From contig JAAOYB010000017.1 in NCBI GenBank assembly GCA_018221135.1, positions 1 through 51,296 of the forward strand: a stretch of DNA of 51,296 nucleotides, in the 5' to 3' direction. Origin of the DNA: Candidatus Woesearchaeota archaeon. GTDB taxonomy: Archaea > Nanobdellota > Nanobdellia > Woesearchaeales > BM511. The position numbers were made by a program, and so were the translations under genes. Of the stretch, positions 27,934-36,734 are shown in pieces; the stretch's first letter is position 1, and each line of letters begins with the position of its first letter. Below the pieces are notes generated by a model, which was not told the origin of the DNA, did no database searches, and saw only the letters and a program-made list of their open reading frames with translations.

Positions 27934-28443
27934 ATGATTGTTATGAGCGAGATAATATTACTTAGAGACGTTGATATGAATACTATACCTTACCATCAAA
28001 AAACAGGTCTTGTTGATGGAGAAGTGCTTCCTATTAGAGAAATAGTTGGGTACACAGACTTAGCCAGAGGCATTGTTAGAAGCATCGTTGACATCCCTTC
28101 TGTAATAGCAAATAATAGGATAAATTTTTTTAGAGTTGAGATAACGCCCGATCTTAATATGCGTTTTGCAGAAGAAATAAATGGTGCTTTGCCAGTGAGT
28201 GTTTACGCTTCTGCAACTCAGATGGCGGGTGTTTATGGCATGGGTGAAAAAAAAGTTAGAGATATTATTAGTGAATGCGACGAAGGCTTATTCTTAGAAA
28301 CATTCGATACTGGCAACGGCGTTTTATACCTAACTAATAGAGATAACAGGAAAAAAATAGTTAAATATTCTCGTGAACCTTTTTTTAGGAAAAAAGTAGA
28401 AGAACCAGATTTTCCAGAAAGCGATTTAGAAAAATCGCTTTAG
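27934..28443 (+). CDS. Hypothetical protein
   Basis: 169-aa ORF; no motif recognised. Confidence 0.65.
   Translation: MIVMSEIILLRDVDMNTIPYHQKTGLVDGEVLPIREIVGYTDLARGIVRSIVDIPSVIANNRINFFRVEITPDLNMRFAEEINGALPVSVYASATQMAGVYGMGEKKVRDIISECDEGLFLETFDTGNGVLYLTNRDNRKKIVKYSREPFFRKKVEEPDFPESDLEKSL
28418..28441. terminator. 10-bp hairpin at the end of a convergent gene
   Basis: AAAGCGATTT-agaa-AAATCGCTTT. Confidence 0.35.
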
Positions 28444-28505
28444 AACTATTTCTTATTATTGTATAAAAAAGAATAAAAAAAAGAAATTAATCTTTTCCTG
28501 TTTTT

Positions 28506-30290
28506 TTAGCATTGTCCTGTGCTTGGCGCAGCTGCGGTGCTTGGTGTTGTGACTTGTATGTTGTCACACGGAGCAGGGGGTTCTTCGAAAGCGGCGCATA
28601 GACTTGCCATGTACCCTTCAGCGGTTCTTGAACCACTGTATTCTTCTCCGTCAATGAAGACTGTTGGGCTGCCTCTTACTCCAAGTTGGACGTTTAGGTC
28701 GTAATCAGCTTTTGAGTACTCAACGCCTTTAGCGTCTTCGCAAGCACTAATTTTTGCTGTGTCGTAACCTAATCCTTGCGCTACTGCTTCCCAGCAAGTA
28801 TCCGCGTTTTGTGATGTGCAAGCTGTGTTCATTTCTAAAGCGAACGTAAACCATGCATCTATTCCGTACTCGTCTTTTACGCAAAGTTCTCTAACGTTTT
28901 GGTGAATCTCTGGTCCTCCGTGAAGACTGCAAAGCTGAACTCCGTCGTCCTCGTAACACCCGTTTCCTTGGTTGTAAATCACGTATTTCGGGTTGAAATC
29001 CGCGTAGTCTTTTAACTCGTCAAAAACTAGTTTGATAGCTTCTTCTGCTTGGTTACCGTAAGGGCAGTAACTCATAACGTAAAAATCGATTTGGGGTCTG
29101 TTATCTCCTTTGACAACTCCGATGCTCTCATGTAGCTCTGCTCTTTTCTCTTCGGAAATGTAGTACTTGGCACCGGTTACTTCATCTTTTAATTTGTAAC
29201 TACTTCCTATTTTTTCGAATACTGCTGCTAGTTGAGGATTACTAGTATACGCTTCTTCCTCAGCTACTTGTTCATCAAAGATGTACGTGGGTACTAATTC
29301 TATGTTGAATTCATCAATTAAGTCTTCTCCGGAACTACTACTTACATCAACTGTTGTTGTTTTAAGACCTGGGAACATCCTCTTAAGAGCCCCTAGTAAT
29401 TGGCTTGTGTCGCAGTTATTGCAGTTCTTATCAGTAACAATTGTTAATGCTACTTCTTGAGGAACTGGGATGTCATCGCACTCAGCGGGTCTATTCCCAC
29501 TATAAGCGTTGCATATAGCCACTAAGAAATCTCTCTCGGTTCTTCCGCCTTGGTACAACTCGTCGTTGAGGTAGATCGTTGGGCTCCCCCTAGCATTAAC
29601 TGCTTGGGCTTTCTTAACTGATTCGCTAAGAAGAGTTTTTCCTTCTTCTCCTTCAAAGCAAGCTTTGATCTTGTCAACGTCTAAATCGTTTTGTTCGGCG
29701 CATCTCTCCCAATTACCAGGGATTGCTTTTGCGTTTTTGTTCTGGCAAATTATCATGTCCATATAAGCCTCGGGGTTGTACTTAGCAGCGCATAACTGCA
29801 CGATGTTACCTTGGGTTTCTGGTTCTCCATGAAGACTTCTGAACTGTCCGCCTCCTAGGTCTGTTGAGATGAAATCCACGTTGAAATCGACGTCTCCACC
29901 GATTTTTTGTAATACTGGATAAATCGCGTCTTCTGCTTGGGTTCCGTAAGGGCATTGGCTCATAACGTAGAAATCAAGTTTTACCTTTTCACCAACACCG
30001 CCACTTGGCGTCTTCTTGGTTTCTTCTTTTACTTCTTCTACTTCTCTGTACTCTTCGAGTGTTGTTTGAAAGCCTTCAAGTTCTGTTCGTAGGGCATCGT
30101 TGCTCGTAGTCTCGCTTAGTTTCTCAACGCTTTTTTGCAAACCACTAACACTATTAGTGCCAAAGTTAAAACCATTAGTGTACAAAGAAATTATTAGTAA
30201 TACTCCTAATACCATGGTTGCTATTTTGTAAGTATCAAGCGTTGACTTTTTCTTCTTCAAAAGTATTGAGTGTTTTTTTCTTTTTTTCAT
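28506..30290 (-). CDS. Membrane-anchored extracellular multi-domain thioredoxin-fold protein (two GILT/DsbA-like domains)
   Basis: Basic N-terminus plus TM; duplicated FYVMSxCPYG...SLHG...GSPT domains flanking a CNNC domain. Confidence 0.8.
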   Translation of the reverse strand: MKKRKKHSILLKKKKSTLDTYKIATMVLGVLLIISLYTNGFNFGTNSVSGLQKSVEKLSETTSNDALRTELEGFQTTLEEYREVEEVKEETKKTPSGGVGEKVKLDFYVMSQCPYGTQAEDAIYPVLQKIGGDVDFNVDFISTDLGGGQFRSLHGEPETQGNIVQLCAAKYNPEAYMDMIICQNKNAKAIPGNWERCAEQNDLDVDKIKACFEGEEGKTLLSESVKKAQAVNARGSPTIYLNDELYQGGRTERDFLVAICNAYSGNRPAECDDIPVPQEVALTIVTDKNCNNCDTSQLLGALKRMFPGLKTTTVDVSSSSGEDLIDEFNIELVPTYIFDEQVAEEEAYTSNPQLAAVFEKIGSSYKLKDEVTGAKYYISEEKRAELHESIGVVKGDNRPQIDFYVMSYCPYGNQAEEAIKLVFDELKDYADFNPKYVIYNQGNGCYEDDGVQLCSLHGGPEIHQNVRELCVKDEYGIDAWFTFALEMNTACTSQNADTCWEAVAQGLGYDTAKISACEDAKGVEYSKADYDLNVQLGVRGSPTVFIDGEEYSGSRTAEGYMASLCAAFEEPPAPCDNIQVTTPSTAAAPSTGQC

Positions 30291-30342
30291 CGTTAATTAA
30301 TCACCTCAAAAAAAAATTAATAAAAAAAAACAAATGTTTTTT

Positions 30343-31587
30343 TTATTCTGCTTCGTACATCACGACTTCTGACTCATTTCGTAAATTCGATACAAAATCT
30401 TGGAATTCTGTTTGTCTATCCTGCGTTTCTAACTGTGCCATTATCCCTTGTTTTGCATCTTCGAAACTCGCCGCGGATTCTTCTTGTTTATCAAAAACTT
30501 TGATAATATGGTATCCGAACTGAGTCATTACGGGTTCTGAGACGTTGCCTACTTCTAAGCTAAAAGCGACTTCTTCAAATTCTCCTACCATGACTCCTCT
30601 TGGGAATAATCCTAAGCTTCCACCATTAGGACCGCTTGGCCCATCGCTGTACTTAACTGCTAATTCAGCGAAGTTATCTTCGTCTTCATCTATTAATCCT
30701 GTTATCATCTCTGCTCTTTCAAGCGCTTCTTCTAAGCTTCTATTCTCATCGCAGCCAGTCACGCTATCAACATAACAGATTAAGATGTGGCTCGCGTTTA
30801 CTTGCGCTGGGTTCGCTACGAATAAGTCTTGGTTCTCATCATAGTAAGTCAAAGCTTGTTCTTCAGTAACGTTTTCTAAGACTACTACTACTTCGATGAG
30901 TTTTGTAAGAGTTATTTGTTTTCTTATCTCATCTCTTAATTCGTCTACGCTCATGTTTTGTTCGGCGAGTCTTACTTCGAGTTCTTCTTCTGATAACTGA
31001 TTAGTAGCTAGTACTAATTCAAAAAATTCTTCTACTTCAGAGTCTTCTATGCTGATGTTTAACTCGTCTGCTTTTTGCAATAATAACTTCTCAGTTATTA
31101 ATTGGTCAAGCAAAGCTTCCTTGGTTAACAGAAACCTGTTCTGTGGTGGTATCTTTGAATAGATATCATCTATTTGTGCTTGTGTTATGTCTTCTCCATT
31201 CACACTAGCAAGAACAAGTAATGCGTCTCCATCGCTAAAGCTTGGGGTTTGTTCGTCCCCAACTGGTTTTTTGATTATGAAAAAAGCTATTAACGCTATT
31301 GCTACCACAACAGCTACTGTAGCGATTATAGTTGTGTAATCCTTTGGTTTTTCTGTTTTAGCCTTTTTTTTGGGCTTTTCTTCTTTCTTAACTTTTTTTG
31401 GTTTTGCTTCTTTAACCTTCGCCTTCTTAACAGGTTCAGGCTTAGCCACAACTTTTTCTTCTACTATTTTTTTAGGCTTATCTTTTGCCTTTTTAGATTT
31501 CTTTTTTAGTTTTCTGCTTTTAGCCATCAAAGCTTCTTGTCTTTTTATAAGCTCCAATGAGTCTTTAGATAAATTTTTCTTAGCCAA
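30343..31587 (-). CDS. SurA/PrsA-like parvulin peptidyl-prolyl isomerase, membrane anchored
   Basis: ASVNGEDIT SurA N-domain, ASHILI, FAELAVKYSDG, GGSLG, TQFGYHIIKV. Probable TTG start at 31587 after GAGGGTG (ORF open from 31608). Confidence 0.92.
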   Translation of the reverse strand: MAKKNLSKDSLELIKRQEALMAKSRKLKKKSKKAKDKPKKIVEEKVVAKPEPVKKAKVKEAKPKKVKKEEKPKKKAKTEKPKDYTTIIATVAVVVAIALIAFFIIKKPVGDEQTPSFSDGDALLVLASVNGEDITQAQIDDIYSKIPPQNRFLLTKEALLDQLITEKLLLQKADELNISIEDSEVEEFFELVLATNQLSEEELEVRLAEQNMSVDELRDEIRKQITLTKLIEVVVVLENVTEEQALTYYDENQDLFVANPAQVNASHILICYVDSVTGCDENRSLEEALERAEMITGLIDEDEDNFAELAVKYSDGPSGPNGGSLGLFPRGVMVGEFEEVAFSLEVGNVSEPVMTQFGYHIIKVFDKQEESAASFEDAKQGIMAQLETQDRQTEFQDFVSNLRNESEVVMYEAE

Positions 31588-31802
31588 TATTACCACCCTC
31601 ACGTACACCTAAAAAGTGTAGTTGTTAAGACTCTGCCACCCCTCTTATACAACGCTAAAATACTAATAATATAAAAGCTTATTGTTTTTTTTACTCCTAA
31701 AAAATAAAAAAAACTTATTTAACCCTTAAAAAAAAGGTTTAAAACACTGTTTTTCTTTGTGGATAACCTTTATAAAGACGCTTACACATAATGCTTTTTA
31801 AT

Positions 31803-33152
31803 ATGAGCATGGACGTAATTATTGGGAGAAGCAAAGAAGACAGAGAAAAGTTTGGCATGAAAGGAACTGTTTTTCTAGGCAAGCAATACGTTACCATGGG
31901 CAAAACAACTAGTTTATCTAATAATATCTACTTGGATGTTGCTAGTGCTCACGTAGTTTTTATCTGTGGGAAACGAGGAGGTGGTAAGAGTTATACTATG
32001 GGCGCCATCGCTGAAGGATTTCACTTATTAGAAGAAGATGTAAAAAAGAATTTGAGTGTTATAATGCTTGACACAATGGGTGTTTATTGGACTATGAAAT
32101 ACCCTAATAAGCAAGACAAAATCCTTCTTGATGAGTGGGGGCTCCCACCTCAGAAAATCCCTGTTGAGATCTTTACTCCGACAACGTATTATCATAAGTA
32201 CAAAGAGCAAGGCATACCAACAGATCACCCTTTCAGCATTGACCCCTCCGAGATCGACCCGGATGATTGGTGTAACGCTTTTAGGATAGAAAAATATGGT
32301 GAGCAAGGAGTCTTGATTAGCAGGACTATTCTAACATTAAAAAATGAGAAGGGAAAGTTTAGCGTAAAAGACGTCCTTGAGAGCATAAGAAATGATGATA
32401 AGGCTGAAAAGCATATCAGAGACGCGGTTGATAGCATGTTCTTAATGGCTGATACGTGGGGTGTTTTCAGCGATAATCCCACAACGCTCGCTGAACTCGC
32501 AGCACCTGGAAAAATCAATATCTTGGATGTTAGTTGCTACGCTACTATGCCGGGGGGTTGGGATGTAAAAGCTTTAATTATTGGTATTGTTTCTAAGCAC
32601 TTATTCATTCAACGTATGACTAGCAGGAAGTTTGAGGAGTTCAGACAAGTTCATAGAAGCCTTAATTATTTCAGCGAGGACTTACCTGAAGAAGAGGAGA
32701 GTATGCCTTTGGTTTGGTTAATAATCGATGAAGCTCACGAGTTCTTGCCAAATAAGGGAAAAGTAGCTTCAACAGATGCTTTAGTTACTATTATGCGTGA
32801 AGGAAGACAACCAGGGATTAGCTTAATTTTGGCTTCGCAACAACCTGGCAAGATTCACACTGATGTCATGACCCAATCAGACACAGTACTATCTCATCGT
32901 ATCACTGCTAAGATCGACGTTGAGGCTTTAGGGATGCTTATGCAGAGTTATATGAGAAGCGGATTAGTCGAGCAACTCGACATCTTGCCAAGGGTTAAGG
33001 GCGCCGGGATATTATTTGATGATAGTAATGAGCGAATGTACAGCATGCGGGTCAGGCCTCGTTACACGTGGCACGGAGGAAGTAGTCCTATAGCGATTCA
33101 TCCTAAAAAAGAATTTTTTAAAGAAGTAAAAGTTAAAAATAGTAAAGAATAA
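31803..33152 (+). CDS. HerA/FtsK-family (DUF87) ATPase
   Basis: Walker A GKRGGGKS, Walker B LIIDEAH, REGR arginine finger, ASQQP. TATA at 31769-31776 favours start 31803. Confidence 0.88.
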   Translation: MSMDVIIGRSKEDREKFGMKGTVFLGKQYVTMGKTTSLSNNIYLDVASAHVVFICGKRGGGKSYTMGAIAEGFHLLEEDVKKNLSVIMLDTMGVYWTMKYPNKQDKILLDEWGLPPQKIPVEIFTPTTYYHKYKEQGIPTDHPFSIDPSEIDPDDWCNAFRIEKYGEQGVLISRTILTLKNEKGKFSVKDVLESIRNDDKAEKHIRDAVDSMFLMADTWGVFSDNPTTLAELAAPGKINILDVSCYATMPGGWDVKALIIGIVSKHLFIQRMTSRKFEEFRQVHRSLNYFSEDLPEEEESMPLVWLIIDEAHEFLPNKGKVASTDALVTIMREGRQPGISLILASQQPGKIHTDVMTQSDTVLSHRITAKIDVEALGMLMQSYMRSGLVEQLDILPRVKGAGILFDDSNERMYSMRVRPRYTWHGGSSPIAIHPKKEFFKEVKVKNSKE

Positions 33153-33192
33153 CCAAGTTTCTAATATTAAATTATTAGGGGGATTGATTTTT

Positions 33193-33492
33193 ATGGTTTT
33201 TAGCAAGACTTTTCCAAAAACAGTTGAAGGAAGCAATTATCCTACGTGGGAAGAAGTATACCTAAGCGACGCCGAAGAAGAAAAAGCAGAGAGCTTAGCT
33301 AGGCAAGAAAACCTTGAAGTACTTCGAGAATGCGTCGATGATGCCAAAAAAGTTTTTGTCGAGAAAAATTTAAAAGAGTACCAAACAGATATTATTAACG
33401 CCGCGATTGCTTTGTTTGAGAAGCGTGCTAGTCACGCAGTTTTTTTCAAAGAACAAATAGCTAAAACAAAGTTTGACGAAGAACACAAATAA
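33193..33492 (+). CDS. Hypothetical protein
   Basis: About 99-aa ORF, GGGGA ribosome-binding site, downstream of the ATPase. Confidence 0.7.
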   Translation: MVFSKTFPKTVEGSNYPTWEEVYLSDAEEEKAESLARQENLEVLRECVDDAKKVFVEKNLKEYQTDIINAAIALFEKRASHAVFFKEQIAKTKFDEEHK

Positions 33493-33496
33493 AGCT

Positions 33497-33742
33497 TTAC
33501 TTTTTTTTCTTGTATGCTTTTTTGGGTTCGTGAATACTAAGGTGGTGTAGGAAGTCTTCTTCTGTCGTGGCTTTTGTCATGCTAATCATACTACTAATAA
33601 ACATTAACACAAATATTAGACTAAAAGCGAAACTCCATGTAGGACTAAGACTTGATATGTACAAAGCGCTTATAAGAAAGCCAAAAATGCTGGTGAGAAA
33701 AAACGTGCTTGATAGCGGGGCTGCTTGAAAACTCTTCTTCAT
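33497..33742 (-). CDS. Small two-TM membrane protein
   Basis: Two hydrophobic segments; GAGGTGA ribosome-binding site upstream. Confidence 0.75.
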   Translation of the reverse strand: MKKSFQAAPLSSTFFLTSIFGFLISALYISSLSPTWSFAFSLIFVLMFISSMISMTKATTEEDFLHHLSIHEPKKAYKKKK

Positions 33743-33838
33743 ATTACCATATCACCTCTTATAATAAGTCTTAACTATTAATTTTTGTTTTTATAAGCTT
33801 TATGGAAATACTTAAAAACAACTAAGAACTACTAATAG

Positions 33839-33900
33839 TTTGCTGTGATGAAGTGAACACCCGCTGATACTATGATGAGAAGGAGTAACTGCTGAGCAAA
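33839..33900 (+). ncRNA. C/D box guide sRNA (2'-O-methylation guide)
   Basis: C box GTGATGA 33845-51, D' CTGA 33864-67, C' ATGATGA 33872-78, D CTGA 33892-95; 12- and 13-nt guides; terminal stem TTTGC/GCAAA. Confidence 0.9.
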
Positions 33901-33985
33901 ACTTTAAATAAAAAAACAAGATTCTTATTTTTTATTAAGAGGTTGACACATAAAACCTCAGAACTATTTCTGAGAAATAATTAAA

Positions 33986-35158
33986 ATGAGAGAAGACTTA
34001 ATACTCAGAGATGAGCCTAGAGCTAAAGAACTAGCGAGTTTAGTGCTTGATTATTCTGTTAATCTAAACGAAGAGGACCGATTGCTTTTACAGTTTGATC
34101 CAAAGTTTAGTTTTTACGCTAGTATGTTCGAAGAAGAAGCAAGAAGAATAGGTGCAAAAGTAAGATATGACCCTCTTAGTTTCGATCCTGTTTATCTATG
34201 GGGTTTGATAGATAGAAATGATAAAAAGAAATGGGAGGAAGATCTTGAAAGAAGAATAGAATTGGCTTTGTGGTGTACTTCAAGAGTCTTGATTGATTGT
34301 GATAGTAACCCTGAATATGCAAAAGGAATACCTAATTCTAAAAAAAGAGTTGCTGAGTATAATGAGTTAGTCATAGGCCCATTTAAGCATGCGCTTTATA
34401 GGAAAGGAGAAAAATATTCTCATATACCTCTAAATAAATGGAATATTGTGGGGTTTCCTTATACTAGAAAAGCAGAAGAAATAGGTATGACACTAGATGA
34501 ATACTCAGACTTTGTTTATTCTGCCACTATAAATGTCGATTGGCAAAAGCTAGAAGAAGAAATGAAAATTGTAAAAGAAGTTTTTGATGCTGGAAACGAT
34601 GTTCAAATAATTGTTCCTGGCCAAACAGATATTAGCCTAAGCCTTACTGGCCGCGAAGGTTATGTCAGTGGAGGAGAACATAACATGCCTGGAGGAGAAG
34701 TGTTCTACGGCCCTGTTGAGAACTCAATAAATGGGGAAATCTTTTTTCAACACTCCTACATGATGGATGGAATAGGACGAATTAGTAAGATAAGACTAGA
34801 ATTCGTTGATGGAAAAGTGATGAGTAGTGAAGCTAATATAAACGATGAAGGATTAAGAAGTGTGTTATCTATTGATGAAGGAGCTAAAAAAATTGGTGAA
34901 TTAGGTCTTGCTTGTAATTATGGCATAAAAAAAGTTACTAATGAAGTATTATTCGATGAAAAAATAGGAGGGACTATTCACTTAGCTCTTGGAGACGCGC
35001 ATAGAGAATACGACCTTGATAATGGGGGAGGTCTTAATGAATCTAAGATTCATTGGGATTTAATATGTGATCTTAGAAAGCTAGGAAATGGTTTTCCTGG
35101 TGGAGAAATCAGAGTTGACGATGTCTTAGTCCAAAAAGATGGAAAGTGGCTAATATAA
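33986..35158 (+). CDS. M29 family aminopeptidase (AmpT/AmpS type)
   Basis: NMPGGEVF, IGELGL, LFDEKIGGTIHLALG, SKIHWDLI. Confidence 0.93.
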   Translation: MREDLILRDEPRAKELASLVLDYSVNLNEEDRLLLQFDPKFSFYASMFEEEARRIGAKVRYDPLSFDPVYLWGLIDRNDKKKWEEDLERRIELALWCTSRVLIDCDSNPEYAKGIPNSKKRVAEYNELVIGPFKHALYRKGEKYSHIPLNKWNIVGFPYTRKAEEIGMTLDEYSDFVYSATINVDWQKLEEEMKIVKEVFDAGNDVQIIVPGQTDISLSLTGREGYVSGGEHNMPGGEVFYGPVENSINGEIFFQHSYMMDGIGRISKIRLEFVDGKVMSSEANINDEGLRSVLSIDEGAKKIGELGLACNYGIKKVTNEVLFDEKIGGTIHLALGDAHREYDLDNGGGLNESKIHWDLICDLRKLGNGFPGGEIRVDDVLVQKDGKWLI

Positions 35159-35176
35159 AATAAGAAAAAGTTTTTT

Positions 35177-36304
35177 TTACCCGAACATTTTGATGTATTC
35201 GTCGCCGTGTTCTTCTTCGTTCTTCTTTACTTTCTTAACTGCTTTTAAGAAATCGTCTTCTACTACTTTACTCCTATTCTCACGAATAGCGAAGTAACCA
35301 GCTTCGGTGACGACGGCTTTTATCTCAGCGCCGCTAAACCCCTCGAGTTTCTTAATAATCTCAGCACTACTAAAATCTTTATCGAACTTCATGTTTTTTG
35401 TGTGAATCCTAAAAATCTGTCTGACCCCATCCAAATCAGGTTGAGGAACCATTATATGCCTATCCAAGCGACCCGGCCTCATCACAGCGGGGTCTAGTAT
35501 ATCTTTTCTGTTAGTACAAGCAATGACTTTGACATCTCCTAAGTGCTTAAAACCATCAATTTCAGCTAGTAACTGCATGAAAGTTCTTTGAACCTCTCGC
35601 TCACCACTCGTACCGATCTCGATGCGCTTAGCAGCTAACGAATCAATTTCGTCAATAAAAATAATGCTGGGGCTCTTCTCCTTAGCTAACTGAAAGATTT
35701 CTTTTACGAGCTTAGCTCCTTCCCCTATGAACTTCTGGACTAATTCGCTGCCAACAATTTCTATGAAAGTGCTATTAGTACTCGTCGCGACTCCCTTAGC
35801 CAATAATGTTTTTCCTGTTCCTGGGGGCCCGTGTAGTAAGACTCCTTTTGGGGGTTGAATCCCTACTTTTTTGAAAAGCTCAGGTTTTAGAAGAGGTAAT
35901 TCTACTACTTCTTTTATCTCGTTTATCTGCTCAGACAAACCACCTATTTCTTCCCAAGGAAGATTAGGTTTCTCGATAATAACGAATTTCTCAACATTAA
36001 AACTTTTTTCTTGCCCTATCTTACGAATAACATTAAGGTTTTTTTGATCAACTAACACTGTGTCCCCCGCTTTTATCTTCTTAGCCTGGTTGCTAAGAGT
36101 TACGTAGAACTGGTTCCCATTAGGAATCTTGATAATAGCGTGATTATCCGGTAATGTTTCTTGGACGTCACAAACCATTAATGGTGGCGTCCTGTACCGA
36201 TCGAGCTCGTTTTTTAATTGGTTAATAGTTTCTCTAAGAACCCTGTTTTCTTCTTCTAACTCAGAATCTTGTTCGGTGTTATAAGAATATAATACTTTAT
36301 CCAT
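35177..36304 (-). CDS. pan: Proteasome-activating nucleotidase
   Basis: N-terminal coiled coil and OB domain, GPPGTGKT, KFIGEG, DEID, GEREVQRT, RPGRLDR. Confidence 0.95.
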   Translation of the reverse strand: MDKVLYSYNTEQDSELEEENRVLRETINQLKNELDRYRTPPLMVCDVQETLPDNHAIIKIPNGNQFYVTLSNQAKKIKAGDTVLVDQKNLNVIRKIGQEKSFNVEKFVIIEKPNLPWEEIGGLSEQINEIKEVVELPLLKPELFKKVGIQPPKGVLLHGPPGTGKTLLAKGVATSTNSTFIEIVGSELVQKFIGEGAKLVKEIFQLAKEKSPSIIFIDEIDSLAAKRIEIGTSGEREVQRTFMQLLAEIDGFKHLGDVKVIACTNRKDILDPAVMRPGRLDRHIMVPQPDLDGVRQIFRIHTKNMKFDKDFSSAEIIKKLEGFSGAEIKAVVTEAGYFAIRENRSKVVEDDFLKAVKKVKKNEEEHGDEYIKMFG

Positions 36305-36458
36305 ATTGTTTTTTTAGCGTCGCTCTTACGCCCCTCACACACTTAGAGTAAGGTAATGCTTTTAAGTATATAAAACTAACTATCCTGCACAAAAACAAAA
36401 AAGGATGGTTTTTTTTCCTATACGTTTATAAATACATTTTTGTTTTTGTAGTTTTAAC

Positions 36459-36725
36459 ATGACTGATTTTGACGAGATAATTAGGATTCAACGCCACATG
36501 CAGAGACGATTAAGTGACGAGAAAAAAATGGAGGACACCGTCGAAGTACTCATGGTAATAAACGAAGTCGCACCTGATCCAGAGCAAAGAATACATAAAG
36601 AAACAGTGATGGTAGAAGCAGGTATTCGAGGCTACTCAGAAGGATACGTTGAGAAAATACTCGATCAATTAATAAGAGATAACGTACTCTTCGTGCCCGC
36701 ACCAGGATATCTAAAAAGAAGATAA
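36459..36725 (+). CDS. Small winged-helix protein resembling the archaeal MCM C-terminal domain
   Basis: EAGIRGYSEGYVEKILDQLIRDNVLFVPAPGYLKR pattern. Confidence 0.7.
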   Translation: MTDFDEIIRIQRHMQRRLSDEKKMEDTVEVLMVINEVAPDPEQRIHKETVMVEAGIRGYSEGYVEKILDQLIRDNVLFVPAPGYLKRR

Positions 36726-36734
36726 AAAAAATTT

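Noticed and set aside
33986-35158. Possible horizontal origin of the M29 aminopeptidase (T-ending codons look enriched)
   Set aside because: Visual impression only; no mobility genes or flanking repeats, and it needs computed codon statistics
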